Assembly (NCBI GenBank): GCA_951406725.2
Contig: OX597829.1
Location: forward strand, 37,076,001 to 37,140,000
DNA length: 64,000 nucleotides
Direction: 5' to 3'
DNA from: Octopus vulgaris
Taxonomy: Eukaryota
The notes under the pieces were generated by a model that made no database searches, was not told where the DNA came from, and saw nothing but the letters and a program-made list of their open reading frames with translations. The translations under genes were made by a program, and so were the position numbers. Of this stretch, positions 1-12,985 are shown piece by piece (position 1 is the first letter of the stretch; each line of letters starts with the position of its first letter).

Positions 1-117
1 CACTTGATGCAACCCTTAAACATCAGTAAACTGACTGGCAGAATGAAGTGTAGTCCTACTGCCATGTGGTGTATCTATGCTTTGCAGTGCTTCTCCCCTG
101 TTCATCGATATTTTGCG

Positions 118-684
118 ATGATTGAAGCAAAGGAGTAATGTACTTCCATGAAATTCTGTTTACTGCTGGGGAAAATGGCAGCCAAAACAGTTATTATGCT
201 TCTAACAACTTACAAGGATGCTGCCATGAGCAAAACACAAGTTTATGAGTGGTTTTCATGCTTTAGGAATGGTCACTTGTTGCTTGAAGACCAACCTTGT
301 TCAGGGTGCCCATTGACCTGAATGAATGAAAATTCATGAACTGATCTTGAAAGACTGTACCAAACAACTGACAAACTTGTTGATATGTCTGGTGTGTCCT
401 GGAGCTCCTGCCAAAAATTTTGAGCAAGGAGTTGTGAATGAAAAGAGATGCAGCAAAATTTATGCCTCACTTGCTCACAGAAGATCAAAAACAGTCATGA
501 CTGAATGCATGTTGTGAACTGAAAGAACAGTTGGAAGTTGATCTGGACCTTTTTTCGAAGGTCATTACTGATGACAAAAAGCTGGTGCTATAGAATTTGC
601 AGATGTGGAAAAGGTGAAGAAAAAAATGGTGGCATTAAAAAGCATCACTCTGCAAGAGTTCTAGGATAGCTTTGAACAGTGGAA

Positions 685-685
<1 letters not shown>
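118..685 (+). mobile_element. Decayed mariner (Tc1/mariner) transposase, internally deleted
   Basis: Manual translation across stops/frameshifts: MKFCLLLGKMAAKTVIMLLTTYKDAAMSKTQVYEWFSCFRNG..LEDQPCSGCP (HTH), AAKFMPHLLTEDQK (WVPHEL-like linker), FSKVITDD (first catalytic D), then a jump to a C-terminal helix ending FEQWK; cut off by a TA tract. Confidence 0.8.

Positions 686-745
<60 letters not shown>
686..745. repeat. (TA)n microsatellite
   Basis: Direct read. Confidence 0.95.
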
Positions 746-750
<5 letters not shown>

Positions 751-1226
751 CTCCCTAGCACCATCACAATCATGCGCAAGGCCCAGCTGAGATGGGCGGG
801 CCATGTCTCCCGCATGTCCGACACTCGCATCCCAAAACAGCTCTTCTACGGTGAACTCGGCCAGGGCAGGCGCAAAGTCGGAGGGCAGAAGAAGCGTTAC
901 AAGGATAGTCTCAAGGTCTCTCTCAAAGACTTCTCCATCGGAACAGAGACCTGGGAGACACTTGCTGCCAACCGCTCATCCTGGCGCAGCGCAATCACCG
1001 TGGGAGCAGGGACAGCCGAGGAGGGACGGATTCGGTCAGCGGAGCAGAAACGTCAGATGCGTAAAGCCAGAGCCGCCTGCACCAGTAGCACGGCCCCTAC
1101 CCACTTCTGCCCCACCTGTGGGAGGGGCTTCCTTGCTCGGATTGGCCTCACCAGCCACCTCCGGTCTCATGGCGCCAGTTCCATCAGATGATGTCAGTTG
1201 GTCATCTTCGAACCGAAGGACGAACA
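746..1226 (+). mobile_element. 5'-truncated RTE/BovB-like LINE 3' end (ORF C-terminus + short 3' UTR), apparently young
   Basis: Uninterrupted frame [72 protein letters not shown] (C2H2-type end typical of RTE/BovB); GC-rich with CpGs intact; 3' hairpin cttcg-aac-cgaag; (TA)n on both sides. Confidence 0.9.
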
Positions 1227-2485
<1,259 letters not shown>

Positions 2486-2529
2486 TAATAATTATGATAA
2501 TAATAATATGACTGAAACAAGTAAAAGAG

Positions 2530-2552
<23 letters not shown>

Positions 2553-2561
<9 letters not shown>

Positions 2562-3693
2562 TAAATTAGAGACAAAACCACTATTATGCAAATCAAACAA
2601 AGAAAGACTTAATCCAATACATAAATTAATTTATATTATTTAAAATTTAACAATTATTAATATCCACTACGATCGTTTCATGTCTTCTTTTCGTCACATC
2701 TTTGAGTAGTAGACATTCTTCAGGTGGTTTCAAATCTAAAATATAATCAATATTTTTAAGATATAAATAATCTATATAATCTAAAATAAAAGTTTACTTA
2801 TAATAAACTCTATTATTAAATATGATTATATCGAAATCGACTATAATGTTAAATATTAACTTTAATTTATAAGGTAGAAAATCCATATTCTAATATCCAT
2901 TTTAGTCTATATCTACTTATATAGATATTTGAAATGACTAATATATATAAATTATCAATGAAAAAATATATATATATAAATATTATAATCAAGATCTAAA
3001 ATAATCTCTATAAACGATAGTATATAATGAAAACCTAATATATTTAATTTCTCATATTTAAAGATAAAATAGCTAATTTCAAAATACAAAAAAATATATA
3101 TACATGCTCACGCTCATATATATATGTATGTATATAAACATATATAAATACGTACACAAACACACACACACACATATATATATCTATACATACACATATA
3201 CATATAGACACGGATATATTTTATAATGCAGCCCTATACTTCTACACATTACTTATGCATACTCGCACACACACACACATACAATCACTCATTCATAAAC
3301 GTATACTCTCAGCAAGACACTAATACAGAGGAGAAATAACATCCAGTAGCCGCAGATACTCAACCACATACTTATAGAAATATTCCATTCTTAGTAATAT
3401 AGTTTTAAATAAATACTATAAGTACTATAAACAAAATTATGAATGGGAATAATTATCTAATATAAATTATGCTATTAAATTAATTTAATTTAATAGCATA
3501 AATAGTGGATATTAATAATTGTTAAATTTTAAATAATATAAATTAATTTATGTATTGGATTAAGTCTTTCTTTGTTTGATTTGCATAATAGTGGTTTTGT
3601 CTCTAATTTAATATAATATTATATTTTACTATAAAATTGGATTCAATCCTAAATCTGATTTTTCCCTGTAAGTTTGGATTTATTCCCTAATAT

Positions 3694-3700
<7 letters not shown>
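2553..3700. mobile_element. Penelope-like pseudo-LTR remnant with 117-bp inverted repeat (2553-2669 / 3503-3619)
   Basis: The arms are exact reverse complements by eye; it contains a hammerhead motif. Inverted pLTRs with hammerheads are an established PLE feature. Confidence 0.7.
2664..2727 (-). ncRNA. Type I hammerhead ribozyme, intact core
   Basis: Minus strand: CCAC CUGAAGA AUGUCU[25 nt]AGACAU GAAA C-GAUC-G UA GUGG = stem I CCAC/GUGG, CUGANGA core, 6-bp stem II, GAAA, palindromic stem III, GUA cleavage triplet. Confidence 0.85.
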
Positions 3701-3755
<55 letters not shown>

Positions 3756-3809
3756 TAATTATGATAATAATAATATGACTGAAACAAGTAAAAGAGTATA
3801 TATATATAC

Positions 3810-3920
3810 TGACTGGCCTGGTGCAGCCTTCGGGCTCCCCAGACCCCAGTTGAACCGTCCAACCCATGCTAGCATGGAAAGCGGACGTTAAATGATGATG
3901 ATGATGATGATGATGATGAT
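3810..3920 (+). repeat. RTE-family 3' end / RTE-tail SINE-like repeat with (GAT)n tail
   Basis: cccatgctagcatggaaagcggacgttaaatgatgatg; the same terminus recurs near 16400, 19880, 29535, 30500, 34355, 41065, 42110, 59556 and 62795. Confidence 0.75.
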
Positions 3921-3924
3921 ATAT

Positions 3925-4056
3925 ACATACTCTTTTACTTTTTCAGTCATTTGACTGTGGCCACGCTGGAGCACAGGCTTTAGTCAAGCAAATCAACCTC
4001 AGGACTTATTCTTTGTAAGCCTAGTACTTATTCTATCGGTCTCTTTTGCTGAACTG
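3925..4056 (-). mobile_element. 3' half of tRNA-derived SINE (family of 33718-34096)
   Basis: Reverse complement of the gtgctccagc.tggcc.cagtcaaatgactgaaa tail and the gaccgatagaataagtactaggcttac body. Confidence 0.8.
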
Positions 4057-4272
4057 CATATACATATATATGTATATATATATATGTATGTATATGTATA
4101 TGTATATATATATGTATATATATATGTATATATATATATATATGTATGTATATATGTATATATGTATATATATATGTATATGTATATATGTATATATATA
4201 TGTATATATATATATATGTACATATATATGTATATATATATATATGTATATATATATGTATATATGTATGTA

Positions 4273-4334
<62 letters not shown>

Positions 4335-4421
4335 TAAAAACGGTAAGATTACAAAAGAAAGAAAGAGACCTCAATATTATGTAAATAAAGGATGATATTG
4401 AATAATTGTCACATATTATTT

Positions 4422-4470
<49 letters not shown>
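4057..4470. repeat. (TA)n/(TATG) microsatellite with short AT-rich interruption
   Basis: Direct read. Confidence 0.9.
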
Positions 4471-4474
<4 letters not shown>

Positions 4475-5490
4475 CATAGATTAGAATCAGATATTTTCCG
4501 CATAGATTACACTTAGTAGTGCTCAAGAGATTTAAACTTGAGTGGGTATATAAGTAAATATAAGGATAAGCAAGTTAGACAGATTAAAATATAAAGTATA
4601 AAAAAAAACATGGAATATTAGAAAGGTATATATGTTTACATACATACCTTTTGGTCCAGCTTACACAAAATACAAATGATATAGAGAATTAAAGGGGTTG
4701 AATAAATGTATTACAAATCCATCAGTTGTTTCTGGGGGCTTGGTAGTCCATATAGATAATGTCTGTAGATTGATTCCATCGTAGGATTAGATGAGCCTCC
4801 ATCTTGAATATCATTTGTATTCTGCGTAAGTTGGACCTTTTTGTATGTAAACATATATACATACATTTTTTTATATTCCATGTTTTAATATACTTTATAT
4901 TTTAACCTGCCTAACTTGCTTATCCCTACATTTACAACCTATATATACACACACATTATGTGTATGATATTTTCAAACGAGACAGTACAACCATATCTGA
5001 TTCTTCAAGTGCTTCCATTCTGTGTATGTACATTTATTTACTAGATTGCTGACATTTATCGATGCTTTCTTCCATTATGTTGATGCACCATTTTCTATCA
5101 TTAATAAAACTCTTGGCACTTTTGGCGAGATGAATATGCTAGGGTATGGTATAATCATCAATAAGAGCTGTGATTTTCTCTATTCATGTTCATGTTGTCA
5201 ATTACTCCGGATTTCCTGAAATCTTTCTAAGCAATATTTGGTTCTACTTGCTATACATGAGGAATTACCTAGGATGTCAATTCTATTTGTATTTATTGGT
5301 ATCTGATTGTTTTATATAGTTAACCAAGTTTGCTTAACACTGAGTGTTTTATAGATATCTGCCTGGATTCATTAATCCCTTAATCCCTTTTACTTTTTGT
5401 TATATATTATTATCATTTGTTCGTTCCTGTCTGGGCTATGAAAGGTCTTTGTATATTTTTGTTGGTCGTAATTATTCATGCCAGTATGTA

Positions 5491-5580
5491 ATTCCTGACG
5501 AAGAATCTAATTTTTATTTCATGAAGAGTTTTTCATTTTTGTCTTTGGAATTAATTAGACTCCAAAACAATCTGTAGAAT
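5491..5580 (+). ncRNA. Degenerate type I hammerhead motif (GAAA mutated to AAAA)
   Basis: AUUC CUGACGA AGAAUCUAAU..AUUAGACUCC AAAAC AAUCU GUA GAAU; stem I AUUC/GAAU, long stem II, G12->A consistent with CpG decay. Confidence 0.6.
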
Positions 5581-5802
5581 GTATATTGGTTCTGTACCAT
5601 CTTGGATTATGAATTAAAGTTGGTCTACACCTACAAGCTTTCCTTTCCTTATACTTCATTTACTGTTTTTGCAAATACTGAATATATATTTTTATATATA
5701 TTCTTTACTTGGATTGTGCTGGTGGACTTGGATGTTTGACATCCCTTTGAAGGATTTCGGTCCTCACCTCTTTTATATATATATATATACATATATATAT
5801 TT

Positions 5803-5935
5803 ACAGTGATGCATTGATATACGAGTTAATTTGTTCTCGGAGACTGCTTGTAAAGTGAAAACTTGTAAAGCAGAGCAGTAATTTCCCATAGTAGCAATGT
5901 CATAAATTGTAATTCATTCCCAGAAAAATATTTTA
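5803..5935 (+). mobile_element. pogo/Tigger-like terminal sequence; first ~28 bp repeated at 6310-6338
   Basis: ta-cagtgatgcattgatatacgagttaatttgttc resembles pogo/Tigger TIRs (CAGT..TACGAG); the same start recurs after TA at 6312. Confidence 0.45.
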
Positions 5936-6094
5936 CCTATAAAACTTCAGGTTCATCCTTCTATTCTGTACCAACAACACCTACTTGCAGTACAAAAACA
6001 GCACATATTGATAATATAGCGGCCTCCTAAAGGGGTCCAGCTTCAATGAGATCTTGATTACCCTTTGGATGACCTGGAATGCAATGCCCTCAAT

Positions 6095-6290
6095 GCAAAC
6101 TGGCATATCACCTTATACCGAAGCTACATTGGTGACGCCTTTGTCCTAACCTGTTCTAGTGATGAGGTGACAAGGATCCACGACATCTCCAATAGCTTTC
6201 CCACAACATTCAACAACAATGCAAGTCTTTAAGAAAGAGGTGAAGAGAGACATCTTCTCCCTCAAATTCAGTGTATCCAAAGGTGTTGAA
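6095..6290 (+). mobile_element. Penelope-like RT fragment
   Basis: YRSYIGDAFVLTCSSDEVTRIHDISNS resembles the PLE Y.RYIDD motif region. Confidence 0.5.
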
Positions 6291-6789
6291 GTTTATATAT
6301 ATATATATTTACAGTGATGCATTGATATATGAGTTAATCTTTCTCTCTCGCTGGTGGCTCTTTCTCTCTCGCTCACAGCTCTTTCTCTCTATCTCTCACT
6401 CTCTTTCTCTCAATGTGTGTGTGTTAGAGAAAGAGATAGACAGACAGAGAGACAGACATGGACTGAGAGAAAGAGAATGAGAGACAGAGAGAAAGAGCCG
6501 TGAGCGAGAGAGAAAGACAAATTGAAAGCATGCGTGTATCTCTGAATGACAACTGTATTAACATTACTATCCCATTACTATGCCGTATTTGTCACTTACA
6601 TAACTCTGTCCTCCCCTTCCTTGGTATCAGCCACACTCTCTATGCCACTATGTTTCCTCTCATACTATCGCTCTTGCACCCTTCTCATTTTATTAAATAG
6701 TAGCCCAACTCACCACTTCGAAGGCGGTGCTCCAGCATGGCCACAGTCAAATGACTGAAACAAGTAAAAGAGTAATTACGTTAATTTAT

Positions 6790-7680
6790 TTATTCACCCC
6801 TTTACTAAAGTCATGGGTGGTGGTAGCTGTACGTTCAGAGCTGTGTCATTCTTGCTCAAAAACAACAGAAATTACCAAACTCTTCAGAAAGAATCCGTAC
6901 AATACATGTGCAATAATTGGAAGTATTTTCATTCTTTTATTCCTAATAGTACAATGCAGGAATATGTTCCAACTCTACTCATGTATGCTTGCATACATGA
7001 ATAGGATTGGAACATACAGCAATAATGTTGAATTAGCTGCTATTAGTGAATTGTACAATGTTGCAATTCGGGTCCATCACAAAAATGACGATGAAATTAT
7101 TCTTCCTCTGTTCACTGTTTGCAGTTGGACATTCACAGAAAGGGAGATTTCAGTGTTATATAGTGGTGAAATTGTCAACGGCCATTACAATGCTCCCTTT
7201 CCTATAAACAATCATGAGCATGAAAGAAATGTAGAAGTAAATGAAATATAAACAAGAAAGAGACAGAGAAAAGAATGAGAATCCAAACACTTAGTTTGAA
7301 AACTGTTGAAGAGAGTAAAAACCATTGGAAAGTTAGGTTGCAAAAAAATGAGGGATTTTGAGAGGAGGACAAGAGAACAAGAAGGTGATAAAGATAGGGA
7401 AATAAAATTGCAGAGAAAGAAAGAAAATAGAAATAAAAATGACAAAGAAATAACGATTGCAAAAAAGAAGAGAAAATGGTAGAATAAATAGAAAACAAGA
7501 GAGTGAAAGCGAGTGAAAAATACGACTAAAAAATAGCTTTCTAGAGAAAATCAGCAGAAAAGTATAGATGATTTCAATGGCAAGGTGTAGAATTTAATTA
7601 TGATCTTAATTGTAATTATGCAATTGAAAAAATGGTCTTCCTGGATTTTATGTGCAAAACATGTGTAAATTGTTGCAGTT
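6790..7680 (+). pseudogene. Frameshifted OTU-like cysteine protease + Helitron-type N-terminal Cys motif (Helitron remnant)
   Basis: ORF 6813 MGGGSCTFRAVSFLL (OTU DGxCxFRA) joins, via a frameshift, ORF 6727 ..GTYSNNVELAAISELYNVAIRV..LYSGEIVNGHYNA (OTU E..A and HY motifs); followed by a K/E/R-rich stretch and EFNYDLNCNYAIEKMVFLDFMCKTCVNC. Confidence 0.65.
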
Positions 7681-8159
7681 GGACATTTACAGAAAGGGAG
7701 AGTTCTGTAATCCTTTTTATGTATGCTCCTTCTGGAAAAATGTGTAATATTGTTTATAAGAAAATTCTAGATTTAGAATAAATTGTAAATAAGATGAACA
7801 ACTAACACAATTAAGAGGTGAAAGGTCATGGGCTGAAAATAGGAATCTTAAAAATGAAATGCAAAAATGTATTTAGTATGGCAAAACAGTGTCATATGGC
7901 GGTTGGCTCTCGAGTAATATCAGGTAACCCTGATGTCTGTGTGTGTGCATGTGTGCACATTGTGTGTACTTTCTGTTTTACATACCAGATATTACAAGTC
8001 TGCAAATAAAGTTTTTCAAAATTGTAATTGCTTATCATTTTTTTGTCCTGCTTAATTTTAAAGTTATGTACAGTAATTATTTTAATGTTGCTGATTTTCT
8101 TTAGAAGTATACATTTCAATCATAGGAGATCGTAATTCCACAGAAAAATTAGGGCTAGT

Positions 8160-8345
8160 GCTGGGGGTTTGGTTTAGGATTTAATACTAGGGTTAGTATT
8201 GTAGTTTAGATTTTAGGGATAAAATTAGGATTAGGATCTTGAGTTAAGTTTTAAGGTAAGAGCTGAGAGTTAGCATTTAACATTAGTGTTTTGTATTAGC
8301 ATTTAGGGTTATAATTTTTAGTTAGGATAAGGGTTAGTTTAAACA
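8160..8345 (+). repeat. Degenerate TTAGGG-like hexamer array
   Basis: Recurrent ttagga/ttaggg/ttagta/ttagca units. Confidence 0.6.
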
Positions 8346-8744
8346 GAAATTGAAAAGGAATTCAAAAGATTTGAATTTGTGTACAAATTTTTACAGAATT
8401 GAATTCACATGTGTTTGAAATATGGATATCAAACTATATTCTTAAATGAAGAAAAGTAAAAAGGTCTACAAAGTGTTCTTAGTCCAAAAATTTGTTGAGT
8501 GTTTTTTGTTTTCGAAAATATTTACTATAATTTAGATAAAGAGCTTTGTGATGCCACCGTTAATTCTCTGAGTCATTAACACGGACATGTCGAGTGTTTC
8601 AGCTAGTACACACACACACACACACGAATTACTCACTTTATAGAAATAATGCATTCTTGAAATTCTAGTGGTAATGCAAAATTAAGTTTCCTGTTGATTT
8701 ACATATTATGTTAGATTGTGTTCCTGTGTTATTTTCTTGTAAAA

Positions 8745-9340
8745 TAAAAGTTCTGGCAGGTGTGTACTTTCAGAGAAGTACAGTTTCATCAACGTTTCAT
8801 GCTTGCTCTAGTGTTACCCCCTTCAACAACCATATTTTTCAACTGCTTAGGGTAACTTGTATTTGCGCTCATAGTTTCGCCAGTCACTTCTATGTTAAAC
8901 CTTTCAAACCAGCCTTTACAAGCCAAAAAAGATTTTTGATGAGAAGATTCACCTTCCTTTTTCTGCAAATTGCCGTAAGCATTAGGCTCTTTTTTGAATT
9001 ACCATTGTGTTTATCAGCACATCACACTGATTCTCATCCTCAATCCACACACTCAGGAGTCATTCCATTTTAAGTATTACACATGATCTATGAAAAAATA
9101 AGGTCTGGACAGTTAACCGAGTAGTTTCTTGAGCACTTGACATAATTTTCTCTTTCTTGTCATGTATTGTTCCCACTGTAGATGTTGCAAGATTTAATGT
9201 TTTGGCAATATAACTTTTCTCTTCTGCGTCAATTCTTTTAAAACTTTAATATTCAAAGTTTAATATTCAGTGTAATCTCTTTACAGTTCCTTTTTGCACT
9301 ACTGCCTTTAATTCTACTCGACAGCTTCTTTCCAGACATT
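8745..9340 (-). mobile_element. Decayed pogo/Tigger (CENP-B HTH) transposase
   Basis: Minus-strand pieces IAKTLNLATSTVGTI (HTH-psq), SVWIEDENQ..VIQKRA, FLACKGWFERF (CENP-B HTH end), STPARTFI. Confidence 0.75.
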
Positions 9341-9592
9341 TTAAATTGAAGGCAAATCCAACAGCAGTAGCAATTAATTATCCATAACTAATAGGTAGTT
9401 AGTTAAAAAAAAAATGGCCCAAGAGAGACCTGATTTGTGAGAGTGGAGTATTGTTTTTCCTGAGAGATGCAATAATGATGATTAAAAGAAAAGGTGATGG
9501 TCTGAGGAAGAGAAAATAGTATATGACTACAGTTAATTACCAGATTTTTTTGTAGGCAATTCACCCCCTGCATTTATGACTCAAGACATGAA

Positions 9593-9632
<40 letters not shown>

Positions 9633-10012
9633 TGTGCATGCTTGCTTGTCAGTATACATACTGATATCTGTTGCAGCCAGTTGAATTCAAAAGACGGTGG
9701 GTTGATGTTGATGATGTGGGTTATATTGGTTTAGATGCTAGTGATGGTGGGCAGGTATTGTTGGTGTTGTGGTGGTTGCATTATTCTTGGAAATTGTATT
9801 GTTGGGGCTGTTTCGTCTCAATAAATCCTCATAGTCAAAGACATTTTATTCACCTTTTAAAATACGCTAAAATATTATTTATGTTTTTATTTGAAATAGA
9901 TTTGATTTACTTCATATGCACACACACATACATACATGCATACATGCATGCATACATACATACATAAATACATACTCTCTCTCTCTCTCTCTCTCATTAT
10001 TTCCTCGTGTTC

Positions 10013-10048
10013 CTTTCTGTTGAAGAGCGTAGGCTCGAAACATAAAAG
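10013..10048 (+). ncRNA. Minimal hammerhead-like motif of a PLE pLTR (core variant)
   Basis: CUUU CUGUUGA A GAGC-GUAG-GCUC GAAAC AUA AAAG; stem I CUUU/AAAG, 4-bp stem II; core A6->U and probable CGUA->CAUA decay. Confidence 0.55.
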
Positions 10049-10384
10049 ACTTTCTCACCTTCCTGAGCGTCAAACTAATACACCAGCTTGTTGTTTATAC
10101 TATATACTCATACTATGTATGCTGTATATATATGTGTGTAATATGATGAAATTTTTTGAAATCATTAACTATACACTTTGATCTTAACTAAATGCAAATG
10201 GCCATTGAGTTAAGAAGAAAGTGTATTAAGTAGTTTTAAATTGTTTTTAATACAAATTTCCAAAAGAGTAATAGAACAGACTGTATCCTGAAATCAATTG
10301 TCATACATTACAATTCTCATAAGCACAAAATCCTGTAACCTAAGGTATGTAATTCAGGAGTGCCTCTGTGTGTGTGTGTGTTGA

Positions 10385-10673
10385 TCTGGATCTATATAAC
10401 ATTTTCCTTTTCCCAAGCTCAAGGGGGTTGTTAAAGGGGTTGTTAAAGGGGGTTGTTCCTGACAAGGAGCTTTCAAGAAGACCATGATAACAGAACCAGG
10501 AAGAATTCTGGGAAAATCCTTCCACGACTGCATGGAGGCATGGTGCTGAAGGATGTGAAAGTGTGTTGGATTCAAGGAGGATTATTTCGAAGGGGAAAGC
10601 TTGTAGTTTGTATTTTGGATTTCACATAAATTTTTTGTGCCCCCTGTCATTTTTCTTTACTTAGACACCTCAT
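10385..10673 (+). mobile_element. mariner 3' fragment
   Basis: YNIFLFPKLKG and SFHDCMEAW...KCVGFKEDYFEG (mariner C-terminus); internal triplication of aggggttgttaa. Confidence 0.6.
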
Positions 10674-10704
10674 ATGGCTGCATGCACAGTTGTATATATT
10701 AGTG

Positions 10705-10905
10705 TTGAGGCAGAATTGTTAATACATCAAGCAAAATGCTTAATCAACATTTTCTTACAGTCCTTTATGTTCTGAGTTCAAATTCTGTTGATGTTGACTT
10801 TGTCATCCTTTCAAGATTTATAAAATAGGTACTAATCGAGCACTGAAGTCAATGTAATTGGCTGTCCCCTCCCTCCAAATTGCTCCCTTTTGTCAAGATT
10901 TGATC
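10705..10905 (+). mobile_element. Decayed SINE with Nin/Deu-like central domain
   Basis: gagttcaaattctg..gttgactttg.catcctttc..taaaataggtac; related copies at 50640-50770 (-) and 63540-63740 (+). Confidence 0.55.
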
Positions 10906-11162
10906 CATTGTAACTTGAAATATAAATAAACATTTACTCATATATCATCTGCTTGGGCTTGCTTGGTTGTGTGTGTGTAGGCTAAATCATACTTTAGATT
11001 GAGGAAGGAAGCCAGGTGTGTCTTTAAGAAGCAGTCAACAAACCATGAAATAGTTTTTCAGGGACACCTTGTTGCTTTTTTCCACACATCATATCTTAAA
11101 AAGAATGTGTTTTCATTCTTATTTAAGCAGCAGCAAAGTTATTCTGATTTACACTGTAATAG

Positions 11163-11360
11163 ATATACTGTTGTGTCTGAGGAGAGTCATTCTCTTTTAG
11201 TGCCTTATAATTTAACACACACACACACACACACACCGGTGCAAGACACAACAAAAATTTAAGAAAAATAAAAAAGGAAATAAGTGGAAATTTTACCTGT
11301 GAATATGTTAAATTATAAGTCACTAAAAGAGAATGGCTCTTCCCAGACACAACAGTATAT
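11163..11360. repeat. 55-bp inverted repeat (11163-11217 / 11306-11360)
   Basis: atatactgttgtgtctgaggagagtcattctcttttagtgccttataatttaaca versus its reverse complement, about 4 mismatches. Confidence 0.9.
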
Positions 11361-11729
11361 GCTTCAACACATGAACTCACAAAAAGAATCTTGCAAGCCA
11401 AATCCAAAAATGAACTGTAATAGATGTTTTCTTATTAATGACAATTCACCAAAAACAAATATGCATATTAGGCTGAAGGCACCAAGACCCAGATTTGTGT
11501 ATAGTGGGGGAGGTAGTGTTGTATTGGACAATAAATTTAATCTAACGTGCAAACTGATATTATAAAGAATGATTAATTTAGAGAGAGAGAGGTGAATAGT
11601 GATAGGTATCTTTAATTTTAGCCAAGGGAAGGCAAACATTTGGTTGGTTTGTATGAGAGGAGTGAGATTGTGTTTCTGTAGAATAAAACTATGAGCTAAT
11701 TCAAATTTTAAAGTAGGATTATGAATCAT

Positions 11730-12985
11730 GATGGTATTCCTAACATGTATCTTCCCATAGACCTCTGCATCATTGCCTATCAATGTTCTATCCTCTTCAT
11801 AGTATCCCATGTCTCACATGTGTATAAGAGCACATGTAAGATTGCTTTTGAAGAGTCTGGTATGCATGTTATTGTCTTTGTTTTGAACACATCCTATATT
11901 GAGGTAAGTACCTTTCATCCTGCCCTTATTCTCTTTGAGATTTCAGCATCCATTCTCAGTGCATATTCCTTTACATCCTCAATTTCATTAGCCTTGTGCT
12001 TCATCTTTTAACCGTATATATTTTTTTGTTTTCATGTAGTTCATTTTAAAGTCTACTGCTAGACCAGAGTGTCCAGCTCAGTCAGTATGGTCTGCAGCTG
12101 GTCTGTGGTTTTAGTATTGAGTACAATGTCATTTGTGAATCAGATGTATGTTAGCTGCATGCCATTGGTGTTCATGCCATCTGTCCAGTCAATGTCCCTG
12201 ATGACCATTTCTTGATATGCAGTAAAAATCTTTGGGAAGATAGTATCTCCTTGCTTGTTACCCTTCCCAATTGGAACCCTTACTGATGGTGATAGCAAAG
12301 CTATATGTGAGCAGTTTAATGTATTGCACCATGACACCTTACATTTCCAGAGATATCAACACTGCATTCATTTCATTGATGTCAAAGACATTTCCTTAAT
12401 CAACAAAGGTGACACACAAAGGAAGCTTTATTCATTCCCTTGTTTTTGAGCTGTGTTAAAGTGAATATGTGATGTATTGTACTGTAGTTCATACAGAAAC
12501 CTATTAACTCTTTCAGCTATTGATTGTTTAGGTGTTTTGATAGTCTGATGACTATGATCTTTGTAAACAGCTTATAGAGGTGGAGTGATGGTTTTTAAAA
12601 TCTTTTTTTTTCACCCTTCTTATGAAGCAAGATGTTATTTGACTCTTTCCTCAGTGAGGATGTTTTTACCCTCCTTCAAATTGTAGAATGAAGATTTTCC
12701 ACAGCTCTTCACCTCAGTGTCTTAACATCTCTGTTGTGATGCCATATTTCCGAGTAGCTTTGTCTGTTTTTGTCAGTTTGAGTGCATTTTCAGTTTCACT
12801 GATCAAAATAGGTGCAATTTCTTCCAACATTTGTGGCAATGGAGGATTGAGCTTCCCTGATGATTTAAAACGGCTGGTGTAGAAAGTTTTGCACACTCCT
12901 TCCATCTTCCCTTTGTGAGCCCATCCTTGTTCTTAAGCATTGCCACCTCTGATCTATAGAGTACCTGCCCTCTCCTGCATTTTTT
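11730..12985 (-). mobile_element. Decayed RTE-clade LINE RT
   Basis: Minus-strand ORF pieces ILISETENALKLTKTDKATRKYGITTEML and IGKGNKQGDTIFPKIFTA..INTNG-like RTE RT motifs. Confidence 0.75.

Noticed and set aside
4715-4810. Hammerhead-like remnants (also ~41940-42057)
   Set aside because: Stem II-like pairing and GAAAC are visible, but the core and cleavage triplet are too degenerate to support a call.
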